Part shown: piece by piece, positions 1-9,500 of the stretch | Layout: each line of letters opens with the position of its first letter | Position numbering within the stretch: the first letter of the stretch is position 1 | Origin: a bacterium DOLZORAL124_38_8 | Lineage (GTDB): Bacteria > Patescibacteriota > Gracilibacteria > UBA4473 | Direction: 5' to 3' | Assembly: GCA_002747745.1 (NCBI GenBank) | Contig: PDQG01000004.1 | Location: 183,216 to 247,215 of the forward strand | DNA: 64,000 nucleotides | Program-made: the position numbers and the translations under genes | The notes under the pieces: model-generated | Told to the model about the DNA's origin: nothing | Seen by the model: only the letters and a program-made list of their open reading frames with translations | Database searches by the model: none

Positions 1-600
1 ATAAATTCTATGCGGAACATTGCGACAAAGCATGAAATTCCTGAAGAATATTTTACGCTATTCTTCAGTGCTATGAACGATGACATTAAGTATCAGCCAA
101 TTCAGACCTTCTCGGAATTAGAAAATTATATGTACCGAGGATCTTCTTCGCTTGCGATGATTGTTTCTCATATTCTCGGGTACCAAAAAAGGGAACAAAT
201 GGCCGTAGCGAAACAAATTGGCCTCGCCATGCATTTAACCAATTTGTTAAAAGATATTAAAGATGATTATCAACAAATGAATCGAGTGTATATTCCCAAT
301 GATTTACTACAAAAATTTGGAATCAAACCACATTCAATATCTGATGTTCAAAACTCAGATCAATGGAAATCTCTCATTCAAACGCTCATCAAACAAGCGC
401 GACAATACTACCAAAACATTGAAGAAAACCTAAACTGTCTTCCCTCTCGTGGAAGAAAAGTTGCAAAACTCACCCTCAGAATCTATCAAATATTTCTTAC
501 AAAAATCGAAGAAAACAATTACGATGTTTTCTCAAACAAAATTGATATTCCTTTTTCTATAAAAGTGAAGATTTTCATAAGCACTCTTTTAGAATCATAA
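1..600 (+). CDS. squalene/phytoene synthase family protein, C-terminal part (5' end upstream of window)
   Basis: Frame is open from base 1 to the stop at 598-600. 'YMYRGSSSLAMIVSHILG' and 'NLLKDIKDDYQQMNRVYIP' resemble the second Asp-rich region of CrtB/SQS-type head-to-head prenyl synthases. Confidence 0.6.
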   Translation: MNSMRNIATKHEIPEEYFTLFFSAMNDDIKYQPIQTFSELENYMYRGSSSLAMIVSHILGYQKREQMAVAKQIGLAMHLTNLLKDIKDDYQQMNRVYIPNDLLQKFGIKPHSISDVQNSDQWKSLIQTLIKQARQYYQNIEENLNCLPSRGRKVAKLTLRIYQIFLTKIEENNYDVFSNKIDIPFSIKVKIFISTLLES

Positions 601-645
601 TACGAAACTGAATAATTTATTGTATATTTATAAAAAAAAGTTATC

Positions 646-969
646 ATGAATTCCATGAAAAACACTGAAAAGAATCTCGACCTAGACAAAAGCTTTCGCA
701 CTATGGAAGCCGACTTAAAACAAGTACACAAATTATTTGAAGAACTTGGTTTTGTTGAATTTGCACGATATTTAAAATCACCAAAACGAATTTTTTTCTC
801 AAATTTCTTAGCAGGCATCGCCAAGGGGCTTGGGATTGTCGTCGGAATGACCATAGTAGTAGCCTTACTTGGATGGATTTTATCATATCTAGTCGATTTC
901 CCTCTCATCGGAGAATATTTTGAAGATTTAAAAAATATTCTGGAAACAGCCTCAAATAAAGTGTCATAA
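646..969 (+). CDS. small membrane protein (DUF5665-like)
   Basis: 107-aa ORF with one to two hydrophobic helices ('FFSNFLAGIAKGLGIVVGMTIVVALLGWILSYL'), tightly packed before the next gene. Confidence 0.4.
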   Translation: MNSMKNTEKNLDLDKSFRTMEADLKQVHKLFEELGFVEFARYLKSPKRIFFSNFLAGIAKGLGIVVGMTIVVALLGWILSYLVDFPLIGEYFEDLKNILETASNKVS

Positions 970-972
970 ATT

Positions 973-1239
973 ATGAAAATCTTACTTGTGTTTGGATTCA
1001 AAGTTCTACAGATACTAATTAACTTGTTAACATACGCATTATTTTTTCATATTATACTTTCTTGGCTTTCCCAAGGACGCACCACACTTGGTATGTACCT
1101 CGAAGCTATTGTTCAACCGCTCTTACGACCATTCCGGTGGGCTCGAATTGGCATGTTTGATTTTTCGGTACTAATTGTATACCTCATTCTTCAGTATGGA
1201 GGAAACTTCGTACTCAAAACCATTGCCCAATTTTTATAA
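973..1239 (+). CDS. YggT family membrane protein
   Basis: 88 aa with two TM helices. The 'ILSWL....L..I..P.L.P.R' pattern is typical of YggT/Ycf19. Confidence 0.6.
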   Translation: MKILLVFGFKVLQILINLLTYALFFHIILSWLSQGRTTLGMYLEAIVQPLLRPFRWARIGMFDFSVLIVYLILQYGGNFVLKTIAQFL

Positions 1240-1248
1240 TCTCGCCCC

Positions 1249-2745
1249 ATGAAACTCTATAACTCTGAATCGAAACAAAAAGAACTATTCCAACCATTAA
1301 ACCCAAATGAAGTAGAAATTTATTGCTGTGGACCAACCGTGTATGATTATGCCCATATTGGAAATTTCCGGAGTTTTTTAATGGCTGATTTATTGGTAAG
1401 AGTATTGAAATATGCTGGTTACAAAACCAAAAAAGTAATGAATATTACCGATGTTGGACATTTAACCAACGATGATTTAGCCGATGCAGACGGAGACGAT
1501 AAAATTGGGAAAAAAGCGAAGTCAAGTGGGAAAACCGCTTGGGAAATTGCCAAATTTTATACCGAAAAATTTATCGAAGATGAGCAAGCCTTACGAATAC
1601 AACCACCGAATCATCGTCCAAAGGCGACAGAATTTATTAAAGAGCAAATAAAAATTGTAAAAACATTGCAAAAACGTGGTTTTGCTTATGAAATAAACGG
1701 TTCTTACTATTTTCGAGTCGGAAAATTTTCCGACTATGGCCGCCTATCTGGCAACAAATTAGAAGACCTAGAACTTGGAAAACGAGTAGAAGTTTTAAAC
1801 GAAAAAGAATCACCACTCGATTTTGCGCTCTGGAAGACCGGAGACGAAAAACACCTCATGCAGTGGGATTTTACAACGGGCGAAAAAATAAATGCAAGCA
1901 ACTTGCATTTATCACCTGATAACCCAACTTGGGGTTTTCCAGGTTGGCACGTAGAGTGTTCCGCTATGAGCCGTGCCTATTTAGGGGATTGCTTCGATAT
2001 TCATACCGGCGGAGAAGATAATTTATTTCCGCATCACGAGTGTGAAATTGCCCAAAACGAATGTTCTTGCCAAATGCAAAACCAAGGCAAAAAGTCCGTT
2101 AATTATTGGCTACACGCAAAACACCTATTGGTAGACGGACAAAAAATGTCAAAATCGAAAGGAAATTTTTATACCATTCGAGACTTGTTTGCACAGGGGT
2201 GGCTGGAACAAGAAATTCGATATTTGTTGTTATCCGCCCATTACAGAACTGCTCTCAATTTTTCGATGAAGGGTCTTGAACAAGCCAGAAAAAACATTGA
2301 ACGCTTAACAGAAGCCAAGAACATTTTTGCAAAATATTTGCAAAAAAAGAAAGAAACATTGGAATATAAAAACATTCAGACCTTTGTATCTCGATATAAA
2401 GAGGCTTTAACCGATGACTTAAATGTATCGGAATCCTTGGCGGTCGTATTTGAACTCATAAAATACGGATTAAAACTCCGAGAAAACAAAGAGTTAAGCA
2501 TCGAAATCGCCACCGAAATACATCATTTTTTGACGAATGATTTTGATGATATATTTGATATTTTCCCAGAAGAAAAAGTTATTTCTGACGAATTAAAAGC
2601 CAAAGTGGAAGATTTAATTGCACAACGAACCGAGGCCCGAACCAACAAAGACTGGGATAAATCAGACCAAATTAGAGATGAATTATCCGCTATGGGCATT
2701 AAAATTAAGGATGGTGCCAATGGAACCGAGTGGGAAATAAGCTAA
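1249..2745 (+). CDS. cysS: cysteine--tRNA ligase
   Basis: Class I signatures 'CGPTVYDYAHIGNFR' (HIGH) and 'KMSKSKGN' (KMSKS); length 498 aa. Confidence 0.95.
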   Translation: MKLYNSESKQKELFQPLNPNEVEIYCCGPTVYDYAHIGNFRSFLMADLLVRVLKYAGYKTKKVMNITDVGHLTNDDLADADGDDKIGKKAKSSGKTAWEIAKFYTEKFIEDEQALRIQPPNHRPKATEFIKEQIKIVKTLQKRGFAYEINGSYYFRVGKFSDYGRLSGNKLEDLELGKRVEVLNEKESPLDFALWKTGDEKHLMQWDFTTGEKINASNLHLSPDNPTWGFPGWHVECSAMSRAYLGDCFDIHTGGEDNLFPHHECEIAQNECSCQMQNQGKKSVNYWLHAKHLLVDGQKMSKSKGNFYTIRDLFAQGWLEQEIRYLLLSAHYRTALNFSMKGLEQARKNIERLTEAKNIFAKYLQKKKETLEYKNIQTFVSRYKEALTDDLNVSESLAVVFELIKYGLKLRENKELSIEIATEIHHFLTNDFDDIFDIFPEEKVISDELKAKVEDLIAQRTEARTNKDWDKSDQIRDELSAMGIKIKDGANGTEWEIS

Positions 2746-2775
2746 ACTTCTTTTGTAGCCATACAAAACAAAAAA

Positions 2776-3528
2776 TTAATTTCTATAAATTTCTACAGGG
2801 CTGGCTTGATTGGTTGGATACACCACCATTTCTTCAATATTTACTCGCTTGGGAGCCTTGATAGCAAATAAAACCGCCTCTGCGATATCTTTTGCTATTA
2901 AATTATCAAATGAATCATACACTTTATCTGCAGCCGATTTATCTCCATGAAACCGAACCACCGAAAACTCCGTTTCGACCGCCCCAGGGGCAATATCGGT
3001 AACACGAACCTGTGTGCCAAGCAAATCTTTTCGCAAGGCTTTCGAAAACGATTTAACAAAGGACTTCGTGCCACAATACACATGCCCACCAACATACGGT
3101 TCTCTTCCGGCGATGGAACTAATATTTATTAAATGTCCTTTAGTTTTAATCAATTTCGGAATGGATTTTCGAGCGACGAGTGTAAAACCTAGCACATTCG
3201 TTTGAATCATTTCCGATAAATCGGTCCATTGACTGTCTTGAAATTTATCTCTCCCACGAGACAAACCGGCATTATTTATCACAGTCGATACCGATATATC
3301 TTTAATTGACTCAAAAAACTCTCGCACCTGCGTTTCATCCGAAACATCAACCGAAAATATTTTTATTTCCACGCCAAAAGCTGTTTCTAATTTATTCTTT
3401 AATGCTTCTAATCGTTCGTACCGACGAGCAACCAGTATCAGATTCGCTCCTTGTTCGGCGAGTAATTCGGCACAACTTTGTCCAATGCCACTACTCGCTC
3501 CCGTTACCAATACAAATGATTTCATCAC
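2776..3528 (-). CDS. SDR family NAD(P)-dependent oxidoreductase (YdfG-like)
   Basis: 'TGASSGIG' cofactor motif, 'NNAG', and catalytic 'YCGTKSFV' (YxxxK). Confidence 0.85.
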   Translation of the reverse strand: MMKSFVLVTGASSGIGQSCAELLAEQGANLILVARRYERLEALKNKLETAFGVEIKIFSVDVSDETQVREFFESIKDISVSTVINNAGLSRGRDKFQDSQWTDLSEMIQTNVLGFTLVARKSIPKLIKTKGHLINISSIAGREPYVGGHVYCGTKSFVKSFSKALRKDLLGTQVRVTDIAPGAVETEFSVVRFHGDKSAADKVYDSFDNLIAKDIAEAVLFAIKAPKRVNIEEMVVYPTNQASPVEIYRN

Positions 3529-3543
3529 ACAATTTTTAGCAAA

Positions 3544-5952
3544 TTATTCTGGCATTCCATAAATCTCACGAGCTTTCGCACCTCGGCTTGGTCCAATAAT
3601 TCCTTTTGCTTCCATTTGGTCTAACAATTTAGCCGCCCGGGCATACCCAATCTCCATTCGTCGTTGCAAAAATGACGCCGAAGCCTTTTGGTTTTGCAAA
3701 ACAATATCAACCGCTTCTTGAAATCGAGCGTCTAAATTCGCATCCGAAAAATCTGGATCTTGCGTTCCAGCGGTTAATACGCCCCCTTTCGCCATTCCTT
3801 CAATCGATTGATTGGTGATTTCATTATTGGTCATCATTTCTGGAAATTGCAATTTGAAATGATTTGTAATTCGTTCCACCTCTTCGTTGGTAATATACAA
3901 GCCTTGCACTCGAGTTAATTGCCCCGAATTCCCGTCTAAACTCAACATATCTCCTAACCCCAAAAGTTCTTCGGCTCCAATTCCATCAATAATCGTCCGC
4001 GAATCAATTCCGGAACTCACACGGAACGCAATTCGGGCGGGTAAATTGGCTTTAATCAACCCCGTTACCACATCAACCGATGGCCGTTGTGTAGCAATCA
4101 TCAAATGCATACCCACCGCTCGCGCCATTTGGGCAATCCGACAAATTGCCGCTTCTACATCTTTTCCGGCGACCATCATTAAATCCGCTAACTCATCGAC
4201 TACAATCACAATAAACGGTTCTTTTTCTTCTGGGAATTTTTCGTTGTATTCGCCCAAATTTACCACTCCATTTTCTGACAATTTTTTATACCGACGGTTC
4301 ATTTCGGCCACCGCCCACGCCAACGCTGACACCGATTTTTCGGGCTCGGTAATAACCGGCGTTAGCAAATGCGGAATTTTATCATATCGTTTCAATTCTA
4401 CTCGTTTCGGATCAATCAAAATTAATTTCAAATCCTCAGGCGAATTGTTCCATAACAACGAACACAAAAAGGCATTCATTCCGACCGATTTACCCGACCC
4501 GGTTTTCCCCGCAATAAGCAAATGTGGCATTTTGGCTAAATTGGTTACCACTGGTTTTCCGGCTACATCTCGTCCTACCGCCAGTTTGAGCGGTGCTTTT
4601 TCTTTTTTCCACACCTCTGACTCCAGAATTTCTCGGAATCCAACCGTCGCCCGTTCCTCGTTTGGAATTTCAATTCCTACTAGACTTTTCCCTCGAATAG
4701 GGGCCTCAATCCGGATTGACTGAGCCGCTAGTGCCAACGCTAAATCATTCTTAAGTCCTGTAATTTTTGACAATTTAACCCCTGAGGCTGGTTCAAGCGT
4801 AAACTGAGTAACCGTCGGTCCAACATGCACCGATTTCATCGTTACTTCAATACCAAATTGCAACAATTTTTCTCGAATTTTTTCGGCTTGCTGACGTAAA
4901 TTGGCCTCATCAACCGTAATCGTCGACGGTTTATCGTTCAAAATATCTAATTCTGGAGCCACCCAATCTTTTCCCGCGGTTTTCCCTTTGGCTTCTTTTA
5001 ACAAATCTTGTGATTCTAAATCAATTTCGTTAGAAATGTCTGAAGCTTTGGTAGAATTAACAATTTCCAGCTCGTTTCGAAACCGCTTGGTAGGAGCTGG
5101 AGTCATTTTTTTCTCCATATCCAATAATTCTTTCGTAGCTTTTTTCGTTGATTTTTTTTGCGACACATTATGCGACACATTAGCAGAAATGTCATTTTTT
5201 ATTTCTATATCTTCTTTTTTATTAAGTTTCTCTGATTCTGATGAAACCGCTTCACTCCAACCGGTCTGCCAAATTCGTCGGACAAATTGAAATAATTGCA
5301 CTCGAAACCCAATGGTAGCCGTTACCCACATAACCGCTAAGAAGATAAGTCCAGTAAACACATCGCCAAAAAACAAGCGTGGAAAATATCCAATCGCAAA
5401 CCCCAAACCACCACCAAAATTATGAGCTTTAATGGTGTTCGCATTCGCAAAATCGACAAAAAGATTCAAAAAACCTAAACACGAAGCAAACAATAATACC
5501 AATGCAATAACCCTACTCGGTGGAAAATGATATTGCACGACTTCTGATTCTTGCTCAACTTTTCGTAAAAAAAACACGCCCGCCCATAAACACGCAAAAG
5601 GCAAACTCCAAACCCCAATCCCAAACAAACTTTGTAAAAATGAATAAATTTGTTGAGGAATTGGTTGTGAAGTTAAGAACAAAACGACCAACCCTAAAGC
5701 CACGGAAAAACAAATTCCAGCCATAATTTCTCGCCGTAGCGGATCCGCAAAAAAATGTGCGTTCCATTCTATTTCTTGCTTTTGCTTTTCCAGTTTCTTT
5801 TTCGCTTTTTCTTTTACTTTTTCTCGCTTTAACTTTCGTTTTTCCTTTTCTTCCTGTTGTTTCAACATTTTTTTAGCCATTTTTTCGGCTTCTTTCTTCA
5901 ACACAGAAGAAGGAATTTTTACACTCGGGCTCTTTTTTTTCTTTGCAAACAT
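3544..5952 (-). CDS. ftsK: DNA translocase FtsK/SpoIIIE
   Basis: N-terminal TM helices, Walker A 'GKTGSGKS', 'VIVVDELADLM', and a C-terminal winged-helix gamma domain 'LQRRMEIGYARAAKLLDQME'. The track ORF starts at a TTG (5970); the ATG at 5952 (MFAKKKK) is more likely. Confidence 0.9.
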   Translation of the reverse strand: MFAKKKKSPSVKIPSSVLKKEAEKMAKKMLKQQEEKEKRKLKREKVKEKAKKKLEKQKQEIEWNAHFFADPLRREIMAGICFSVALGLVVLFLTSQPIPQQIYSFLQSLFGIGVWSLPFACLWAGVFFLRKVEQESEVVQYHFPPSRVIALVLLFASCLGFLNLFVDFANANTIKAHNFGGGLGFAIGYFPRLFFGDVFTGLIFLAVMWVTATIGFRVQLFQFVRRIWQTGWSEAVSSESEKLNKKEDIEIKNDISANVSHNVSQKKSTKKATKELLDMEKKMTPAPTKRFRNELEIVNSTKASDISNEIDLESQDLLKEAKGKTAGKDWVAPELDILNDKPSTITVDEANLRQQAEKIREKLLQFGIEVTMKSVHVGPTVTQFTLEPASGVKLSKITGLKNDLALALAAQSIRIEAPIRGKSLVGIEIPNEERATVGFREILESEVWKKEKAPLKLAVGRDVAGKPVVTNLAKMPHLLIAGKTGSGKSVGMNAFLCSLLWNNSPEDLKLILIDPKRVELKRYDKIPHLLTPVITEPEKSVSALAWAVAEMNRRYKKLSENGVVNLGEYNEKFPEEKEPFIVIVVDELADLMMVAGKDVEAAICRIAQMARAVGMHLMIATQRPSVDVVTGLIKANLPARIAFRVSSGIDSRTIIDGIGAEELLGLGDMLSLDGNSGQLTRVQGLYITNEEVERITNHFKLQFPEMMTNNEITNQSIEGMAKGGVLTAGTQDPDFSDANLDARFQEAVDIVLQNQKASASFLQRRMEIGYARAAKLLDQMEAKGIIGPSRGAKAREIYGMPE

Positions 5953-6151
5953 CGTACTAAATAGTAACAAAAAGTAAGAGAAACTTCAAGAAAATAGGAA
6001 AACGTCCTTTTGATAATTATTTGCTTTTGTTTATTAATAACTTTTATTAGAATTAACAAAAAACAACCTCCGAACCCTTTTGATTCTGTTGCAGAGAAAA
6101 CAACGTCGCAAAGGGAAATCTGAATGATTCTGAAAATTATTAAATTTAAAT

Positions 6152-6901
6152 ATGAAACAAAAAGGTTTATGGAAATTATTAGAAGAGTTACAATCACAAA
6201 ATTTTGTTGATTTAACCCATTCATTCTACCCTGGCATCCCTCATGCCTCTGACATGCCAGATCAAGAAATTATTACACTTTATGATTTTGAAAACAATGG
6301 CTTTCAAGCACACTATTATAAGCATGTAGGTCAATGGGGCACACACATTGATCCTCCTATACACTTTGTAGAAGGAGGAAGATCAATTGACCAAATAGAA
6401 GTTTCGGAGATGTTGCTTCCTTTAGTGTGTTTTGATTGTTTGGAAAAGACAAAGAATAATTCTGATTTTGTTTTTTCCTTAGATGATTTAATTCAGTGGG
6501 AATCTATAAATGGTCAAGTACCCCCAAATGCCTTTGCAGTAATGAAGACTGGATGGGCAAAATATTGGCCATCTAATTCTGCAATGTTAAATAAAGATTC
6601 TCAGGGAATCTGTCATTTTCCAGGTTGGGGAATGGATGCCGTTAAATTTTTAATTGAAGAAAGAAATATAAAAGCATTTGGTCACGAAACTACTGATACA
6701 GATGGAGGGAAAGCAATATCTAATGGGAATTACTCAGTAGAAACTTTTCTTCTGGAACAAGACTGTTTTCAAATAGAACTTCTTGCTGAAACAACAAAAC
6801 TACCCGAAACGGGAGCCATAGCAGTGGTTTCTTTTCCAAAACCCAAAGGTGGCTCTGGTTATCCAGCAAGAGTTTTTGCACTTTATCCTAATGAACAATA
6901 A
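6152..6901 (+). CDS. cyclase family protein (kynurenine formamidase-like)
   Basis: 'HVGQWGTHIDPPIHF' matches the HxGTHxDxPxH metal motif of the putative cyclase family. Confidence 0.7.
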   Translation: MKQKGLWKLLEELQSQNFVDLTHSFYPGIPHASDMPDQEIITLYDFENNGFQAHYYKHVGQWGTHIDPPIHFVEGGRSIDQIEVSEMLLPLVCFDCLEKTKNNSDFVFSLDDLIQWESINGQVPPNAFAVMKTGWAKYWPSNSAMLNKDSQGICHFPGWGMDAVKFLIEERNIKAFGHETTDTDGGKAISNGNYSVETFLLEQDCFQIELLAETTKLPETGAIAVVSFPKPKGGSGYPARVFALYPNEQ

Positions 6902-6902
6902 A

Positions 6903-6920
6903 AACCGCCGTTGGCGGTTA
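6903..6920. terminator. short GC hairpin between the cyclase gene and the tRNA (weak terminator candidate)
   Basis: accgcc-gtt-ggcggt stem-loop immediately after the stop codon; only a short interrupted T run follows. Confidence 0.3.
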
Positions 6921-6934
6921 TTAATCTTAAAAAT

Positions 6935-7011
6935 TGGTGACTAAGGGCGGACTTGAACCGCCGACCTCCGGGTTATGAATCCGACGCTCTAACCAGCTGA
7001 GCTACATAGTC
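6935..7011 (-). tRNA. tRNA with CAU anticodon (Met; a lysidine-modified Ile2 cannot be excluded), CCA encoded
   Basis: The reverse complement folds as a cloverleaf: acceptor gactatg/cttagtc, D arm gctc-agctggtta-gagc, anticodon loop ttCATaa, T arm ggcgg-ttcaagt-ccgcc, then a-cca. Confidence 0.85.
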
Positions 7012-7068
7012 ATAAAGCTTCACAAATGTATTACATTTTTCTCATAGGTCAAATTTTCAAGCCCCAAA

Positions 7069-7503
7069 TTATTTCCGAGCAATCCAATATTCTAATATTT
7101 TGGCGGCAGCCCAATGATCGATTCGGTTGGCAGTGCCCATAACCGCTTGAGAAGAAAACTGTTCGTTTTGAAAATGAATCGTTCGACCAGATTGTTTAAA
7201 CAAATCTGCAAACGCTCGCACCTGAGCACAAATATGATTTTCTTCATTTTTGCTTCCCAATGGTAACCCAAACACCAAGGTTTGAATCTGTTTTTCATTC
7301 AAAATTCGTTCAATTTCTGTTGCCGTTTCGGCTCTCGGAACCACTCGCAACGGAAACACTACCACACCATCAGGCGACCACGCTAATCCACAATACTTTT
7401 CTCCATAATCAATCCCCAAAAGAGCCCCTGATTGGTTATCTTGCCCTAATTGGTTTAAAGAATCTATTTGATGTAGTTCTCGAACTGATAATTTCTTCTT
7501 CAT
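7069..7503 (-). CDS. ruvX: Holliday junction resolvase RuvX (YqgF)
   Basis: 'LGIDYGEKYCGLA', 'LVFGLPL' and 'NEQFSS' motifs of the YqgF RNase H-like family. Confidence 0.85.
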   Translation of the reverse strand: MKKKLSVRELHQIDSLNQLGQDNQSGALLGIDYGEKYCGLAWSPDGVVVFPLRVVPRAETATEIERILNEKQIQTLVFGLPLGSKNEENHICAQVRAFADLFKQSGRTIHFQNEQFSSQAVMGTANRIDHWAAAKILEYWIARK

Positions 7504-9197
7504 GAATTGGTTCCGAACAAAAACTCAAAAAACATTCCTAATTTTGTTTTGTTGGCAGGAATATCCCAGTCTTTTTTTTCATTTAAATACCAACTTTCAA
7601 CCCCAAAGAAACGATCTGAGTGTTTCGGTAGTTTTTTAAAATTTCGAGATACCCCTTTTAACTCTTTGGCCACAAACCACGTATATTTAGGGGTAAACAA
7701 AGGTAATACTACCCCTAACTTTCGGAGTTTTTCATGCAACAATCCCAAGTCTGATTTAGAACCAAACAATTGATACTCTCGCACCAATGAATCTACTCCA
7801 TCATTCGTTAAATTAGCCAAATTAAGTTTTCCACTTTGTTGTGAATGCCACACCGCCGTTGGGTTAAAGATATCCGAAAAATCAACCCCCGTTAGCACAA
7901 CATCATACGACCGAGTCGCCACCGCATTCAAAAACAGTTCTGGCTCCAAAATTTGTAAATCAACTTCAACCCCCAAATGTTTTTGCCACTGACGTTGAAT
8001 TTGTTGCGCAAACCGAGAAAATACTGGTGGTTGGGTCGACACAAGCATTTTTATTACCACAGGTTTTCCTTTATAAAATCGAGTTTGTTTTTCTTTATCC
8101 CATTTAAAGCCACCGTCAATCAGACTTCGTCGGCCTAATTGACCACTAAACAACCATTCATCATAAATACCCCAAGACGCAAACGGCGAATTAGTTATAT
8201 TCCACCCTTCGTTTCCTTCCAAAAGAACCGTTCTATCAACGCCAAACTGAAGTGCATTTCGCACGGCTTGATATTGCCCCCATTCACCCTCCGTGTTGAA
8301 AAACAATCCTACGTATCGAGGCAATTCATAAGCTCGTTGTTCTACAACCGCCTCATCCGACTGAACTTTAGAACAGTTAATACAAGCCGTTGACTTATTT
8401 TCTGCTGGAAGTTTTGCCCTAGTTGAAACTTCAAACACAATATCTTTTAGATACGGCGTGGCTTTAAAGTAATAAGGATTTCGTTGCAAAAACACTCGAG
8501 AAGTCCCATCGGGTTTATGTACAATGTTTTTTAGGCGGAATGGTCCAGCTCCCACGGGCGAACGATTCGCTCGATATTGTGCATCGAGAATTTCTTTTAG
8601 AGACGCGCCCGCAAATTGTTTTTTCTGAAGAATCGGCGTGGTCAATGCCTGCAAGAAAGACACATTGGCAACCGGCAACACAAACTCTACCACTCGATCC
8701 GACAAAATATTAATCGTCACATATTCAAACCGTTCTTTTAATAAGGGCGATAAAAACCCCGGGCTTTGAATCACTTCTTTAAACGTAAACGCCACATCGT
8801 CCATTGTCACCGGATCGCCGTTTGAAAAACGAGCCGAATCTTTGAGAGTAAGCGTATATTTTTCTCCGTTATTGGTAATTCGGAACGTTGCTAGCGCGGG
8901 TTCAAACTGTTCGGTCACAGGACTGTACTCAACCAATCCCGCATAAATAAGCCGTTGTAACGATTTATCAAATTCACCCAAAGACTCCGATAAAGGATTG
9001 GTATTATTGAATTCTCCTACAATATCTTCGGTGTATACGCCTCCTTCTTGCGGAACCAAATGCGAATGCCCTGCAAAAAAAGCATTCCATTGCCAGACAA
9101 GCCACCCAAAACCAAGCAAAAAAAATCCCCAAAAGAACCATCGTATGTTTTTCTTTGTTAGAGATTTTTTAGTTGAAACGTTCGTTCGTCTCCTCAT
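7500..9197 (-). CDS. ABC transporter substrate-binding protein, family 5 (peptide/nickel type), membrane-anchored
   Basis: N-terminal TM anchor; 'YTLTLKDSARFSNGDPVTMDDVAFTF' is typical of SBP_bac_5. No permease or ATPase genes are adjacent. Confidence 0.75.
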   Translation of the reverse strand: MRRRTNVSTKKSLTKKNIRWFFWGFFLLGFGWLVWQWNAFFAGHSHLVPQEGGVYTEDIVGEFNNTNPLSESLGEFDKSLQRLIYAGLVEYSPVTEQFEPALATFRITNNGEKYTLTLKDSARFSNGDPVTMDDVAFTFKEVIQSPGFLSPLLKERFEYVTINILSDRVVEFVLPVANVSFLQALTTPILQKKQFAGASLKEILDAQYRANRSPVGAGPFRLKNIVHKPDGTSRVFLQRNPYYFKATPYLKDIVFEVSTRAKLPAENKSTACINCSKVQSDEAVVEQRAYELPRYVGLFFNTEGEWGQYQAVRNALQFGVDRTVLLEGNEGWNITNSPFASWGIYDEWLFSGQLGRRSLIDGGFKWDKEKQTRFYKGKPVVIKMLVSTQPPVFSRFAQQIQRQWQKHLGVEVDLQILEPELFLNAVATRSYDVVLTGVDFSDIFNPTAVWHSQQSGKLNLANLTNDGVDSLVREYQLFGSKSDLGLLHEKLRKLGVVLPLFTPKYTWFVAKELKGVSRNFKKLPKHSDRFFGVESWYLNEKKDWDIPANKTKLGMFFEFLFGTNS

Positions 9198-9207
9198 GAG
9201 GGGTATA

Positions 9208-9429
9208 TTAAAATTTCACAACTCCAGCCATCACCAACAAGCCAATTCCAATAAACAGAACCGCCAAAACGATAGACGCTCGGTGCAAAAACACTTCTGC
9301 TCCTCGTCGAGTTTGTGCTACTTCATCACCAGATTCTTGCCCCATTAAAGAGCCTAGTCCAGCATTTTTTTGTTGTAACAACACAGAAACAAGAAACAAA
9401 ACACAAATTGCTATATATACGTATTTCAT
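9208..9429 (-). CDS. secG: preprotein translocase subunit SecG
   Basis: 73 aa with two TM helices flanking 'LLQQKNAGLGSLMG', the characteristic SecG loop. Confidence 0.75.
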   Translation of the reverse strand: MKYVYIAICVLFLVSVLLQQKNAGLGSLMGQESGDEVAQTRRGAEVFLHRASIVLAVLFIGIGLLVMAGVVKF

Positions 9430-9500
9430 AACACAAGTAAGTTATAATTCAAGCCGAGTCTAATAAAATATTTTTTGTTGGCAAGGCAAAGTTGAACCAC

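Noticed and set aside
3887-5290. Long antisense ORFs inside ftsK (3887-4723, 4901-5290).
   Set aside because: They lie opposite a gene with unambiguous FtsK motifs. Their translations are low-complexity (Ser/Pro/Ile-rich) with no motifs. They are typical shadow ORFs.
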